This document shows positions 35,701 through 48,883 of a stretch of DNA of 64,000 nucleotides, one piece after another. The stretch is from assembly GCF_046119375.1 (NCBI RefSeq), contig NW_027362765.1, positions 118,792,001 to 118,856,000 of the forward strand, in the 5' to 3' direction. The notes below the pieces were generated by a model, which was not told the origin of the DNA, did no database searches, and was given only the letters and a program-made list of their open reading frames with translations. Position 1 is the first letter of the stretch; every line of letters starts with the position of its first letter. The translations under genes were made by a program, and so were the position numbers. The stretch is from Phyllobates terribilis (Eukaryota).

Positions 35701-36974
35701 CACACAATGGGATTGGTCGAGCATTTAGATGTTTTTAATGAGGAGAAGCCCCTGCCAGAGGTTTTTCGTCCCTGAAAATAAAAGGATTGGGCCTTGAAAT
35801 TGCAATTCTCTCCCTTGACAAATGATATCAGGGGAGAGTCGGAAGACACCACCACACACATCAGATGGTCAGTCAGTCCCGAAGAAATCGGCAGGTTTGT
35901 CAAACTTCCGTGTAACATTGTCTGTGTACAAACCGTGATGTACGGACCGACCGAGGGTCTCGACAGCTTCATAGGCATATACAGTATGAGACTGTCAAGT
36001 TTGGGTCAGGAGACCTGTGGCCAGTCCATGCATCATGACCCCACTCGGGCCAATGCATATGGGGCCACTAGATTATTGCATGACCGTATTTTGGTGATCT
36101 AAGATGGGTTCGCTTAAATCGTAGGCTGTACAGGTCAGGATATTGCCATAATACAACATAATAAGGGGCAGGGTCATAGTTGACAGGTGGAGTTGCCCTG
36201 TAGGACAGTCTGGATACACCCTCCATTACCGTTCTCAGGAAGGACACATTGTGAGAAACATTACAGAGTACATACGAAAGCGAGCGAGGACGGCAGACGT
36301 AGCGGATCGGCTGAGTCACTTATCTGTCCTCCGTACACAGCACAAGAACCACACCCGGCTCTCATCGCAATTCAGTCTAAGAATAAATAAAAAGGGAAAC
36401 ATATCAGAAATACAGATCATAAGTTATGAGTCACGGATAATAATGATGAAAATTACTGGACAAGAAATAAACTGATGCCATGTAATATGCTGTTCACCAT
36501 ATGTAAGTACCTGAGTAATGTGCAGGATATATACTGATGACAGGTCTGTATATACAGCACAGAATGACAGGTGTAGCAACCAATTAGAAGTCAGTTTTTA
36601 TCTTCTAACCTACACTAGAAAGATAAAATATGAAATCTGATTGGTTACATGGTGCATACAGTGTGACAGTGAGGACACACACTCGTGGCCCCTCTGTGTA
36701 TACAGAACATTGTAATAAACCTCACCGAATAATTGTCCAAGCATCCAATGCCAGGTATTATACAGAGAGTGGCATGGACGGGCACCGCTTATCTCTTCCT
36801 GCACAAGTTGTTGGAAACAGATCACTACTGCAGAAAGTTCAATGTCTGATTGACATAAAGTGCAAAAGATTAATTATACAGTCTTGTGCCCTAGCTGCTG
36901 CAGTACCTCATATTACACATTTCAACTGCTGCAGAACCCATTACGCACATAACGGCCAAAGCTGAAAACATGCA

Positions 36975-38100
36975 GCCTGGCTGCTGCAGAACCTCATAAT
37001 GAACACGACAGCTACTGCAGAAGCTCATAACGAACACCACAGCTACTGCAGAACCTCATAACGAACACCACAGCTACTGCAGAACCTCGTAACGAACACC
37101 ACAGCTACTGCAGAACCTCATAAGGAACACCACAGCTACTGCAGAACCTCATAATGAACACCACAGCTACTGCAGAACCTCATAAGGAACACCACAGCTA
37201 CTGCAGAACCTCATAACGAGCACCACAACTACTGCAGAACCTCATAATGAACACCACAGCTACTGCAGAACCCCATAATGAACACCACAGCTACTGGTGA
37301 ACCTCATATTGCACAAAGCAGTTTCCGCAGAATCGAATAACGAACACCACAACTACTGCAGAACCTTATAAAGCACAATACGGCTGCAGAACCTCATAAT
37401 GAACACCACAGCTCCTATAAAACTTCAGAACTTGCACTTTAGCTGCTGCAGAACCTTATAACAAACACCCCAACTATTGCAGAACCTCATAACGAACACC
37501 CCAGCTGCTGCAGAACCTAAGAACTTGCACGTCAGCTGCTACAGAACCTCATAATACACACCACAGCTGTTGAAGGACTTCAGAACACGCACCGTGGCTT
37601 CTGCAGAACATCCTAACACACATCCTAGCTGCTGCAGAACCTCATAACTTGCACCTTAGCTTCTGCAGAACCAACAAACATCACAACTATTGCAGAACCT
37701 CATAACGAATACCTCAGCTGCTGCAGAACCTCATAATGAATACCACTGCTGCTGCAGAACTTCAGAACTCGCACCATGGCTGCTGCACGACCTCATAACA
37801 AACACCAGTGCTGCTGCAGAACCTGATAACGAACAGCTCAGCTGCTGCAGAACCTCAGAACTTGCACCTCAGCTGCCACGGAACCTCTAAATACACACCA
37901 CCGCTGTTGAAGGACCTCAGAAAGCACAGCTGCTGCAGAACATCATAACGAACACCACAGCCGCTGCAGAACCTCATAACGCACAGCTGCTGCAGAACCT
38001 CATAACACGTCACAGCTGTTGGAGAACCTTAGAACTTGCACTTTGGCTGCTGCAGAACATCTTAGTGCACTCGGCTGCTACAGAACCTCATAACCTCATG
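36975..38100. repeat. 31-bp minisatellite (CAGAACCTCATAACGAACACCACAGCTACTG)n
   Basis: About 35 units, increasingly degenerate; no unique spacers. Confidence 0.92.
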
Positions 38101-38373
38101 CTGAACCTTATGGTACACAATTCAGAAAAGACAGACGTTGGGACGACTCTCCTTCCTTGGTCACAAATTGCAGTTTTGCTGCGTTTTTTTTTTTTTTCAG
38201 GGCGATTTTCACTGGTAATAAACTCTGCGCTGTCCTGTACCGGCAAAGTGAATTTCTGAAATCTCCTGCATACCTGCTTTTTTTCTTGCGGCTTTGAACC
38301 AGCAAAGCATTTTTTCCATGTCACTTCTTTCACACAAGTAAAAACGCACTGCACAAAAAAAGTGTGTATTTTA

Positions 38374-38761
38374 GGCTATGTGCCCACGTTGCATTTATGA
38401 AGCAGAAAATTTCTGCTGCATAAATGCAAGTCCTCTCCCGGAAAAACGCATGCGGAATTCCGCACGCGTTTATCGCGCTTTTTTCGCGCGTTTATCATGC
38501 GTTTTCCACATGCGGAATTGCCTTGCGTTTTTTATGCATTGAACAAAGGCAATTCTGCTTGCGGAAACGCAAAATTAAATGACATGCTGCGGATTTTTTA
38601 ACGCAGCATAAACGCTGCGGAAAAATCCGCAGCATGTGCATAGAACTTGCGGAATCCCATTGGGGACCATGGGGTGCGTGTTACCAAGCGTTTTACAAGC
38701 GTTTCCGCTGCGGAAATACCGCATCAAAAACGCTTGAAAAATGCTACGTGGGCACACAGCC
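38374..38761. mobile_element. PIF/Harbinger MITE
   Basis: TTA TSD at 38371-38373 and 38762-38764; TIR GGCTATGTGCCCACG / CGTGGGCACACAGCC. Confidence 0.9.
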
Positions 38762-38998
38762 TTACGCGTTTTTCCTGCCAACATTCTGGCTTTTGATGTA
38801 GAAAGCGCTGCAGCAAATGCTCTTCACATAGAGGTTCTGCAGCAGCTGAAGTGTGGTGTGTGTGTGTCCTGTGTACATGATGCGTATTACATAACACTTG
38901 TCTACACTTTGTTTGACTAAAGCGCAACACTATCACAGTGCATTGTGGGACGTGTAGTTTCTTCCTGGGTCTCATCAGCCACTATACATGTAACCATT

Positions 38999-39193
38999 TA
39001 CTACATTTCCCAGGATTCCACGGAATCGCGACTCCCCATTTGACGATCCAATCAGAAAAGACACTGACGTAGGACGCTCTGATTGGTCAGTTTGGAATTT
39101 GCGAGTAGTTTCAAATTGATAACGTGCGGGCTGGTCACCGGCAGCGGCTGGAGCGTTGTGGAGCTCCTGAGACCGGGGAAGCGGCCGGAGCCG
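38999..39193 (+). promoter_or_regulatory. TPX2 promoter / first exon (G2/M-type)
   Basis: ZNF143-type ACTACATTTCCCAGGA 39000-39015; CCAAT 39048-39052; ATTGG 39082-39086; CHR-type TTCAAA 39110-39115; CpG-rich; candidate donor CCG|GTGGGT at 39193. Confidence 0.75.
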
Positions 39194-39511
39194 GTGGGTA
39201 ACAGGGCCTGAGGAGCGTAACGACAATGCGGGCAGTACCGGGCCTATCAGGGAGGACGCGCCTTTGCGTAGGAGGTTGAAGGGTCGCAGGGTGCGACATT
39301 ATGGGATGGCGCTGATATAAGCGGGGGGGCTTGATAAAGCTCTAACTTCTGGGAAGCAGGCATCGTAGCTCCACTCTGAGGGTCACTGAATAATTGAAGT
39401 GTATGAATGGTTGGGGTGAGGGGGTAAACTGAGGGTCTCTACAAGGCTATTGGGGTTCTTGGAGTTATCACATGGGGAGGTTGGCCCAAGGTGTAAGTAT
39501 GATGAATGAAT

Positions 39512-40327
39512 CAACAACAAGTGGGACACAATCGTGAAGAGGAGCGAAATTTATTGGATATTTTAAACTTTAATAAACTGAAAAGTGGGGCGTGCAATAT
39601 TATTCGACCCCCTTGAGTTAATACTTTGTAGCGCCAGTTTTTGCTGCGATTACAGCTGCAAGTCGCTTGGGATATGTCTCTATCAGTTTTGCACATTGAG
39701 AGGCTGAAATTCTTGCCCATTCTTCCTTGCAAAACAGCTTGAGCTCATTGAGGTTGGATGGAGGGCGTTTGTGAACAGCAGTTTTCAGCTCTTTCCACAG
39801 ATTCTCGATTGGATTCAGGTCTGCACTTTGACTTGGCCATTCTAACATCTGAATACGTTTATTTTTGAACCATTCTTTTTGTATCCAAATCCGGCTTTAA
39901 ACTTCGCCACAACAGTATCTCGGACCTGCCTGGTGTATTCCTTGGTCTTCATGATGCTCTCTGCACTTGAAACAGAACCCTGAGACTATCACAGAGCAGG
40001 TGCATTTATATGAGACCTGTGAATACACACAGGTGGATTCTATTTATCATTACCAGTCATTTAGGACAACATTGGATCCTTCAGAGATCCGCACTGAACT
40101 TCTGCGCTGAAAGTAAAGGGGCCGAATAATATTGCATGTCCCACTTTTCAGTTTTTAATTTGTTTAAAGTTTAAAATATCCAATAAACTTCATTCCCCTT
40201 CACGATTGTGTCCCACTTGTTGTTGATTCTTCCCCAAAAAATTAGAATTTAATATCTTTGTTTGAAGCCAGAAATGTGGCAAAAGGTAGAAAAGTTCAAG
40301 GGGGCCAAGTACTTTCAAAATGCACTG
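39512..40327 (-). mobile_element. Deleted Tc1 element in TPX2 5' intron
   Basis: [15 protein letters not shown] remnant; internal inverted repeats; end GCACTG|TA. Confidence 0.8.
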
Positions 40328-40789
40328 TATAGTGTGGGGCACTTTGTGGGTGAGAGAAGTTTATATTGTATTCTGTGGCAAATGGGTAACCAGTGCAATG
40401 ACTCGTACAAGGTGGGGGCATCGGTGAAGCAGCTGGATATAAATATTACCTTATCTGCCAACTCCGGCAATACATAATAAATTGGGTTCAATAGTTAAGT
40501 GCAGGATGTGCTGTAAATGTTTTCATAAGAATTTGGGAAAGTTGTGAAATGACCTATAAATGTCTGTTCTATTCCTGATCTAATGATTTAGGTGAAATGA
40601 ATCTGCTGCACTTTATGTACATGCTCAGTAGTGAGTCCGTGCTGTGGATGAGTCGGTGGTTTGGCTTATCGACTCCACAGCCCTGGTTGAACCCTCCCAA
40701 GACGAGAACAAAATTTGGTATAGTTAGTGGAGGGAGGAAACATGAGAAATTCCGGTTTGGATATATTCCGTTTCAGATAGAGTAAGGAT

Positions 40790-41420
40790 GTGGTGTCAGA
40801 CAGCAGCCAGACAATTCCTGGTATTTTGTATTAAGGTAGGGATGATGTCAGGAGATGTGTGGGGTGTCATCAGCATAGGGATGATACTGGAATCCAAATC
40901 TGCTGATGGTTTGTCCAGTGGGGTCATATATAGGGAGAAGAGGGGGCTTTGGACTGAGCTCTGAGGAATCCTGACAGGAAGAGGAGCAGTCTGAGATGTA
41001 GGAGGAGAACCAGGAGAGGATGGTGTACTCAAGGGCGATAGTGAGGAGGAGCTGGTGATCCATGGAGTATAATGCTGCAGAGAGATCCAGGAGAATCACC
41101 AGTAGTGACCATTAGATTTAGCTGTTAGTAGATCATTAGAGGCTTTAGTGAGGGCAGTTTCAGTGGAGTGTAAGGAGCGGAAACCAGATTGTAAATGATC
41201 AAGAAGAGTTATCTGAGAGATGGCGGATTAAACTGGAGTGGACCAAGCGTTCCAGGAGTTTACAGATAAAAGGAAGATTAGAGACAGGTCTGTAGTTAGC
41301 AGTGCAGTTAAGGTTGAGGCATGTGAGTTTTTTTTTTTTTTTAAATAGGGTTTGTAATGGTGTGTTTGAATGAGGAGGGAGAGATTCTGGGAGAAAGAGC
41401 GACATTAAAGGGTGATCAGG
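40790..41420 (-). mobile_element. L2/CR1-clade LINE RT fragment
   Basis: [39 protein letters not shown] remnants with frameshifts. Confidence 0.85.
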
Positions 41421-41717
41421 CCTGTGGAGTCTGTAAGCCAAACCCCTGACTCCTCAATTTCCATGACTTCGACTCCCTCATACATGGGTCATGTTTAAGT
41501 GATAAATTTACTGTAGCACAGATTCATCTCAGCTAAAAGTCTAGACCCTTAGATCAGGAATAGGACAGACATCTTTAGGACATTTCACAAATTCTTATGA
41601 AAAAAATATTCCCCACAAACTGCTGTACCCAATTTATTATATATTTTAGAAGTCGGCGTCGGCCCATTTTATACCGACTCCTATTCCACCAAAATGGGCT
41701 CTGACTCCACAGCCCTG
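41417..41717. mobile_element. MITE with CAGG(G/C)CTGTGGAGTC TIR
   Basis: 15-bp TIR CAGGCCTGTGGAGTC / GACTCCACAGCCCTG. Confidence 0.75.
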
Positions 41718-41718
41718 A

Positions 41719-42152
41719 GGAGGAGTCCACTACTAGGATGACCCCTTCTCAATCTGTATGTTTGCTCCCATTAAAATAACACCTATACTGACCTCTGGTG
41801 CCCTTCCAGCTGTGTCGGCACTCTCATTCCTGGGGCTCACCTGAGGTTGTTACATTACCTGAGATCTGCCCCCATTCAGCACCGGTGTCACTGTCTCCGC
41901 CTTCAGACAAATCAAACATGAACAGGAAGTCAGAGCAGCCGCAGTCCTGACTTCCTGTTGATGTTCAATAAGTCCGAAGGCGGAGACAGTGACACTGGTG
42001 CAGATCTTAGGTTACATAACCTCACTTGACCCCCAGGAACACGAGCGCTGACACCGCCTGGAACAGAACCGAAGGTGAGTATAAGTGTTTTTTATATTAA
42101 TGGGGGCAAACCTTCAGATTGAGAAGGGGTTGTCCTAGTAGTGGACTCCCCC
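41719..42152. mobile_element. Palindromic Kolobok/T2-like MITE
   Basis: GGAGTCCACTACTAGGATGACCCCTTCTCAATC vs GATTGAGAAGGGGTTGTCCTAGTAGTGGACTCC; TTAA at the right end. Confidence 0.8.
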
Positions 42153-43311
42153 CTTTAATGCACCCCTCAAGCATTTTATTAGTGTTTTCTTATTGCAACG
42201 CTGGAGTGGTGCTTCTTTACTAAGGTCCCTGACCCGAGTATTATACTCACCTGCTGCTGCCTTCAGCTTCTATCACCGCTTCTCTGGTCGGTCTCCAGCA
42301 GTTTGTGACTTGCTGGAACTAACTGGAGGTCACTTTTCTGTGCAGGTCTATAGGAGCCTCATTCTAGCCTTGTTCTGGTTCTTATAGACTTGCACTGAGA
42401 TCTTGTTACCATTACTTCTGACTTCCAGATAGTCAAAAGTTATGGCCTCAAGATGGCACTACCGTACCAGAGCGGTGCTGAAATAAGGTGAAGTTGGCGG
42501 CAGGTAAGTATGAGTAGGAGCAGGGACCTTAGGTTAGAAACGCCGCTAGAGTAATGCTTTAAATATTCGTCTATACCGGCAGAGCCGCTGAGTTCACTGC
42601 CATGCTTTTGGTGTGACGTTGGCGCCGCAGCCAATGCCAGTCACCTGGAGCAGTGGCTGAGAATTGCCAGTGGACCCAGGGAAGGTGAGTAAAGCGCAGT
42701 TTGTTTAACTTACTGCAGCCAGGACAAAACACTGAAGAGGTTGTTCCTTTTCAGACAATTTGCTGATCTCCAGGCACAGGTTTGGTGTTATAGGTTTACA
42801 GACATGGTGTGCCTCCAATAGGCCCACTTATTCTCTCCTCGCCCAACATGATGATGCCATTGGCAGCCTTCAGTCCTATTGCGGCTGAAGGGTGATGGCT
42901 GTAGGAAGGGACCTACCCACCCCCAATTTTCCAACCTCTTACATGCCACTACCACGATTAACTGCAGCATCTAAGCGGTTAAACTGCTTAGATTGGAGCT
43001 AGCTAGACTAGTCTGGATCCAAACTGTATGGCACATGCTCGGCTCCTAACCCCACTCCATACTTAAAGTGCACACATCTGCTGGGCATGTATGGGCTCTT
43101 GAGGTCCTCAGCACTTGCCTTGGTACGCTGGGTGCTTGCTGTGGACCTGTTCAGTCTAAATGTTGGGGGCTTATTGGGGACAGTACTGCATTGTATTATG
43201 CTCTTTCAGTCAGGGGCTACACTAGATTTTAGGGTGGGATGATGGAATTCTGCATTTGTGTAGGTGGAGGTATATTGTGGATTCCTGATGTGGCATAAAC
43301 CTTGGGATATA

Positions 43312-44766
43312 CACTGCTCAAATCATCAATGGAAATCAAATTTATTAACCAATGGATGCCTGGATTTGGAGTCATCCCCAAAATTAAAGTGGAAAAACAC
43401 ACTACAGGCTGATCCAACTTGGATTTAATGTCTTTAAAACAAGTCAAAATGAGGCCCAGTATTGTGTGTGGCCTCCACGTGCCTGTATGGACCTCCCTAC
43501 AACGCCTGGGCATGCTCCTGATGAGGTTGCGGATGGTCTCCTGTGGGATCTCCTCCCAGACCTGGACTAAAGCATCCTCCAACTCCTGGACAGTCTGTGG
43601 TGCAACGTGACGTTGGTGGATGGAGCGAGACATGATGTCCCAGATGTGCTCAATCGGATTCAGGTCTGGGGAACGGGCGGGCCAGTCCATAGCTTCAATG
43701 CCTTCATCTTGCAGGAACTGCTGACACACTCCAGCTACATGAGGTCTGGCATTGCCTTCATTAGGAGGAACCCAGGGCCAACCGCACCAGCATATGGTCT
43801 CACAAGGCGTCTGAGGATCTCATCTCGGTACCTAATGGCAGTCAGGCTACCTCTGGCAAGCACATTGAGGGCTGTGCGGCCCTCCAAAGAAAAGCCACCA
43901 CACACCATTAATGACCCACTGTCAAACCGGTCATGCTGAAGGATGTTGCAGGCAGCAGATCGCTCTCCACGGCGTCTCCAGGCTCTGTCACATGTGCTCA
44001 GTGTGACCCTGGTTTCATCTGTGAAGAGCACAGGGCGCCAGTGGCGACTTTGCCAATCCTGGTGTTCTGTGGCAAATACCAAGCTTCCTGCACGGTGTTG
44101 GGCTGTGAGCACAACACCCATCTCTGGGTGTTGGGCCCTCATACCACCCTCATGGAGTCGGTTTCTAACCGTTTGTGCAGACACATGCACATTTGTGGCC
44201 TGCTGGAGGTCATTTTGCAGGGTTCTGGCAGTGCTCCTCCTGTTCCTCCTTGCACAAAGGTGGAGGTAGCGGTCCTGCTGCTGGGTTGTTGCCCTCCTAC
44301 GGCCCCCTCCACGTCTCCTGGTGTACTGGCCTGTCTCCTGGTAGCACCTCCAGCCTCTGGACACTACGCTGACAGACATAGCAAACCTTCTTGCCACAGC
44401 TCGCATTGATGTGCCATCCTGGATGAGCTGCACTACCTGAGCAACTTCTGTGGGTTGTAGAGTCTGTCTCATGCTACCACGAGTGTGAAGGCACAACCAA
44501 CATTCAAAAGTGACCAAAACATCAGCCAGAAAGCATTGGTACTGAGATGTGGTCTGTGGTCCCCACCTGCAGAACCACTCCTTTATTGAGGGTGTCTTGA
44601 TAATTGCCAATAATTTCCATCTATTGTCTATTCCATTTGCACAACAGCATGTGAAATTGATTGTCTATCAGTGTTGCTTCCTAAGTGGACAGTTTGATTT
44701 CACAGAAGTTTGATTTACTTGGAGTTATATTGTGTTTTAGTGTTCCCTTTATTTTTTTGAGCAGTG
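43312..44766 (-). mobile_element. DD34E Tc1 element, transposase frameshifted
   Basis: TA-flanked CACTGCTC...GAGCAGTG; ORF pieces 43735-44610 (HTH, LFTDE) and 43229-43729 ([12 protein letters not shown]). Confidence 0.9.
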
Positions 44767-45188
44767 TACTTGTGGTGCTGGTATTCAGACTCGTAGTGGC
44801 GATGACTTTTGGATAAGGGGAGTCACAAAATTTCGTATTAAAAGGAATGAAATGAAGACCGTGTAGGGGGAGATGGGATACATGAGCACACCAGTAGTAC
44901 TGGATATGTGTATGAATTTGGGGGGGTTGCTTTAAAGGTAGAGTGGGGCCCATTGTGGCTTTGAGATGCACAATTCATTGGGAGTGACTGGTTGTAGGAG
45001 TTTCTCCTCTTGGAAAGGATCTGGATGCATTTGAATTGAATAAGTCTATAACATCTGTCACTCCTTTTTTCCATGGAGAGACTGTCGTATTGTATTTGAA
45101 CTTTTTTCCCCTCTTTACCATCCAGGATAATAATCTAATACAGCGCTACTGATTCCAAGAAGACGTGTTATCGGGGGAGGAGCAGGTC

Positions 45189-45288
45189 ATGTCGGGCTTA
45201 CCGGAAAGCTACTCTTATGATGCTCCTTCCACATATATCAACTTTGGTACTATCCATGATGATGATCATAATGCAGATTCCTGGTTTG
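45189..45288 (+). CDS. TPX2: TPX2 coding exon 1 (Aurora A-binding N-terminus)
   Basis: MSGLPESYSYDAPSTYINFGTIHDDDHNADSWF; YSYDAP and SWF motifs; G|GTGAGT. The 16 exons listed sum to 2148 nt = 715 aa plus stop, all phases consistent. Confidence 0.95.
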
Positions 45289-45467
45289 GTGAGTGTAGTG
45301 TTTTTTGTTTTTTTTTTAATTTAACATTTATACTCTCATACTGAAAACACTCCACTGCATTCAGCCCACTCCCCTGGTTTCGTAGGCGATTAAAACCGGG
45401 GCCATCGCCTATGAATCAAATAAGGGTGAACAAACTGTGCTAACGTCAAATTTTTATCGTTCTGCAG

Positions 45468-45557
45468 ATCAAGTGACTGATGGCGAGAACGTCCCCCCAG
45501 CATTAGATCAGAATACAGAGGGTTCTGCCTTTGGGGACACAACTTTGGCACAAGCAG
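45468..45557 (+). CDS. TPX2: TPX2 coding exon 2
   Basis: tctgcag|; DQVTDGENVPPALDQN...; |gtaata; phase 1-1. Confidence 0.88.
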
Positions 45558-45619
45558 GTAATAATGGAAAGGGTCTGCATTTTGAGCATATTACAATTAG
45601 TGTAGATATTCACCTAGAG

Positions 45620-46098
45620 AATTCAGTCACTGTGTACATACATTACTTATCCTGTATTGATCCTGAGTTACATCCTGTATTATACTCCAGAGCTGCACTC
45701 ACTATTCTGCTGGTGGAGTCATTGTGTACATACATTACATTATTTATCCTGTAGTGATCCTGAGTTACCTCCGGTATTATACTCCAGAGCTGCACTCACT
45801 ATTCTACTGGTAGAGCCACTGTGTACACACATTACATTACTTTTCCGGTACTGAGCCCAAGTGATGGACATTCAGTATTATACTCCAGAGCTGCACTCAC
45901 TATTCTGCTGGTGCAGTCACTGTGTACATACATTACATTTCTTATCCTGTACTGATCCTGAGTTACATCCTGTATTATACTCCAGAGCTGCACTCACTAT
46001 TCTGCTGGTGGAGTCACTGTGTACATACATTACTTATCCTGTACTGATCCTGAGTTACATACCGTATTATGCTCCAGAGCTGCACTCACTATTCTGCT
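45620..46098. repeat. ~90-bp satellite array in TPX2 intron
   Basis: Same unit as 3020-3481. Confidence 0.9.
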
Positions 46099-46411
46099 TT
46101 TAGTAGTCGGAGTCCGTACTAATGGAGTCGGCCAGTGCAGGACCTGCTTGTTGCAGTTTAGTGTTCTAATAGGATATACCTAATTGGTGCACTCTTCAAT
46201 AAACTCCATGGGGTTGAGGTACCCTGTATGAGAGGTTGCTTTGGAGTTTTGGCTACTGTAGATGGCCTTTCAGATCATAGGTGCAGCTAGATTGTTCCCT
46301 TCTCAGATTGCCATAGGGTGGCATACAGTTGCCCTAAAAGTACATGAAAAAAGGTTGCCAGCTAGAGTCCTAATCAAATTGTACTTCATGTATCTTTTTT
46401 TATTTTTGTAG

Positions 46412-46481
46412 AGGAGGCTGCTGTCAGCAGCAGTTATCCAGGAGATGCTAAGAAACAGCAGAAGACTCCACAGCCCAGAAG
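46412..46481 (+). CDS. TPX2: TPX2 coding exon 3
   Basis: tttgtag|; EAAVSSSYPGDAKKQQKTPQPR; |gtaatg; phase 1-2 fits neighbours. Confidence 0.82.
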
Positions 46482-46638
46482 GTAATGACTATGGAAAAAA
46501 TGCATTCTGTGTGTGCTTTGGTTGTGAGTGAACAGCTCACTGTGTATTTGCAAGGACTCCACAATGTTTTGTCATGTACAACATAATTCCACTGTAAGAG
46601 GGTTGTTGTCTCCTTCAATACTGTTAATCTGGCCTTAA

Positions 46639-47005
46639 AGGGAATCTGTCATCAGATTTTGGTCACCTAATTTGAAAGTAGCATAGTAGAGGCTGAGACC
46701 CTGATTTTAGTGATATGTCACTTACTGGGCTAATTGCTTTAGTTTTGCTAGGAATTCCATATCAGCAGGAAATTATCCCTAAAGGACTAGTAGATCTGTG
46801 CATAGGCAGAAAGCTGCTATTCTGTGGTGTGGGTTATACAGAGCTCGGCATTCAGAGAACTGGGAGCTCTGTAGCAGATAAAACGGATATTGTATCAAAA
46901 TGACAGTGAATAGCCCAGTAAGTGACACATCACTGGAATCTGGGTCTCTGTCCCTGCATTATGCTGCCCTCAGATTACATGACAACCCTGGTGACAGATT
47001 CCCTT
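46639..47005. mobile_element. Kolobok/T2 MITE
   Basis: TTAA|AGGGAATCTGTCA ... TGACAGATTCCCT(T)|TGA. Confidence 0.85.
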
Positions 47006-47242
47006 TGAGCAGTTCTAGAACTTTTTTAATCTTTCAGTCTCTGCACCTCTGCTTGCAGCCAGCATATTTAAACACTTTAGTCTATGTTCAGACCTAACAC
47101 TTCCTTTCAGTTTCAGGTTGTTACATTTGGGAAAGTTCTTGTCTGCAGGCTGCTTTGGTGTATCCGTGCAGGGAAAATGCACCAAACTAGACTCTGCTAT
47201 GAAGTTGTGTGTTTTTTGTTTTTTTTTTGTATTTTTCATAAG

Positions 47243-47359
47243 GTCATCGAAACGCCTATCTGCACAACAGAGGACCAAGCAAATGGCAAAGATCAGAGCC
47301 GAAAGAAAGAAGGTCCCTTCTAAACAGGAAGCTCACCCACCCTATAAACGACAGAGGTT
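47243..47359 (+). CDS. TPX2: TPX2 coding exon 4
   Basis: SSKRLSAQQRTKQMAKIRAERKK...HPPYKRQR; |gtaagt. Confidence 0.9.
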
Positions 47360-47452
47360 GTAAGTGTCTAGCCACCATCAGAAACCTGGAACCCAGTAAG
47401 AAAATTCTATATTCGTGTGATCCGTGCCTGTAACGTGGGATTTTTCTTCCAG

Positions 47453-47563
47453 GAATGCTGTCAAATGCAAATCCGCAGACTCCACCATTAACAAAGGGCA
47501 CTCCAAGAGTGTGTCTGACACATCCTCCAAGCGGAATTTACCATCAACCCCCACAGTACTCAA
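47453..47563 (+). CDS. TPX2: TPX2 coding exon 5
   Basis: ...NLPSTPTVLK; ttccag| and |gtatgt. Confidence 0.9.
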
Positions 47564-47775
47564 GTATGTCCATAGCAACCTCTTGATTGATGGGTATAGA
47601 TAGGTTAGCTGGTTTACATTCTGTGTGGTCGTGGGGAGACCTGCCCAAATCTTTTGAGGTATAATATTTGCCCACTCAAGGCCTGACCTTAAATTTGGGA
47701 TATCTGTTGACCACATTGGATGTTGAAGCATTTTTAAGAAGCTCTGCTTTGTAACCTGGTATCTCGTCTGTCTAG

Positions 47776-47909
47776 GAGAAGAAATATGCCCTTAAGAGTA
47801 AAGAACTCAGAGGAACAAGAACTGGAGAAGGTGCAACAGCTTCAACAGGAGCTTGCTGATAGACTTAAGAAGAATGAGGAGTCCCTGAAAGCTGCCTTGG
47901 CTGGAGCAG
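47776..47909 (+). CDS. TPX2: TPX2 coding exon 6
   Basis: [26 protein letters not shown]...LAGA. Confidence 0.93.
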
Positions 47910-48022
47910 GTGCAGGAATGAACTCGCAGTAGCTCAAAGATGGACCTGCTGTTGTCCATGTGTCACAGTCTAGGAGCACTTGAAGAAATAATTGTATTAA
48001 AGTTCTTCACTTACTCTTATAG

Positions 48023-48180
48023 GTCAGCCCTTGAAGAAGGTGCCTATTCAAGCCACTAAGCCTGTAGACATTCACTTTCACACTGATGACCGTATGAAAC
48101 GACATCAAGAGGAGACAAGTGGGGAGCAGTACAAACAAGTGGACTTTACCTCCGAGCTCCGCAAACACCCTCCTTCTCCA
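48023..48180 (+). CDS. TPX2: TPX2 coding exon 7
   Basis: [26 protein letters not shown]...ELRKHPPSP; |gtaagt. Confidence 0.95.
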
Positions 48181-48620
48181 GTAAGTATTCACAGGAAACC
48201 TTGCGGGTACAAGCTGCTTTTATGAAAGCATTTATTTCATACATAGCAGTGGACTTGGCATACATGTAAAGTCAGTAAAAGAAAATTGGCTTTATCTGAG
48301 GATTCATATTAAATGTGAAGAATACCTCCCCAAATGCCGTACGTGTAATATATATCTCGTATAGTGGCCGCTTGCAGCTCTTACCGGGTTTTAGGAAAGC
48401 AAAATTTTCCCTTTCAGGGACTTTTCTGTGAGAGGATTACCTGGGTTAAACAATCTGATTATTAGTAAATTTGTTCTTCTATGAATGCCTTTCTGTTCAA
48501 TGTCCCCATCCACAGACCTCCCCACTAATATCTTCCTACAAAATAAAAACTCAAGAACAGAAGTTCCGCATATCCACCATGACTTGAGTTAACTGGAACT
48601 ATATCTGTTCTTTCTTTCAG

Positions 48621-48798
48621 GCCCATATACCAAAAGGCGGTCGCACCGTTCCCAAACCTTTTAACCTGTCTCAGAGTAACAAAAGGAAACACGAGGAGAC
48701 AACTGGGGAATATGTCTCGACAGCTGAGCAAGTCCTGGCTTTCAGCAGAAAGACACCGGAACGCTTCCACCTGCGAAGCCGGCAGAAGGAGCTGGAAG
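48621..48798 (+). CDS. TPX2: TPX2 coding exon 8 (importin-alpha site KRKH)
   Basis: [18 protein letters not shown]...[11 protein letters not shown]. Confidence 0.95.
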
Positions 48799-48883
48799 GT
48801 TGGTGGACTATCGGGCAATCAAGTTGTTTTAAAAGGTTATTAAATGTTTTTGTGGCTTCTGTTTAATGATAATGTTGTTACAG

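Noticed and set aside
36975-38100. 31-bp repeat array resembling a CRISPR
   Set aside because: Units are directly tandem with no unique spacers, no cas genes, and the context is eukaryotic.
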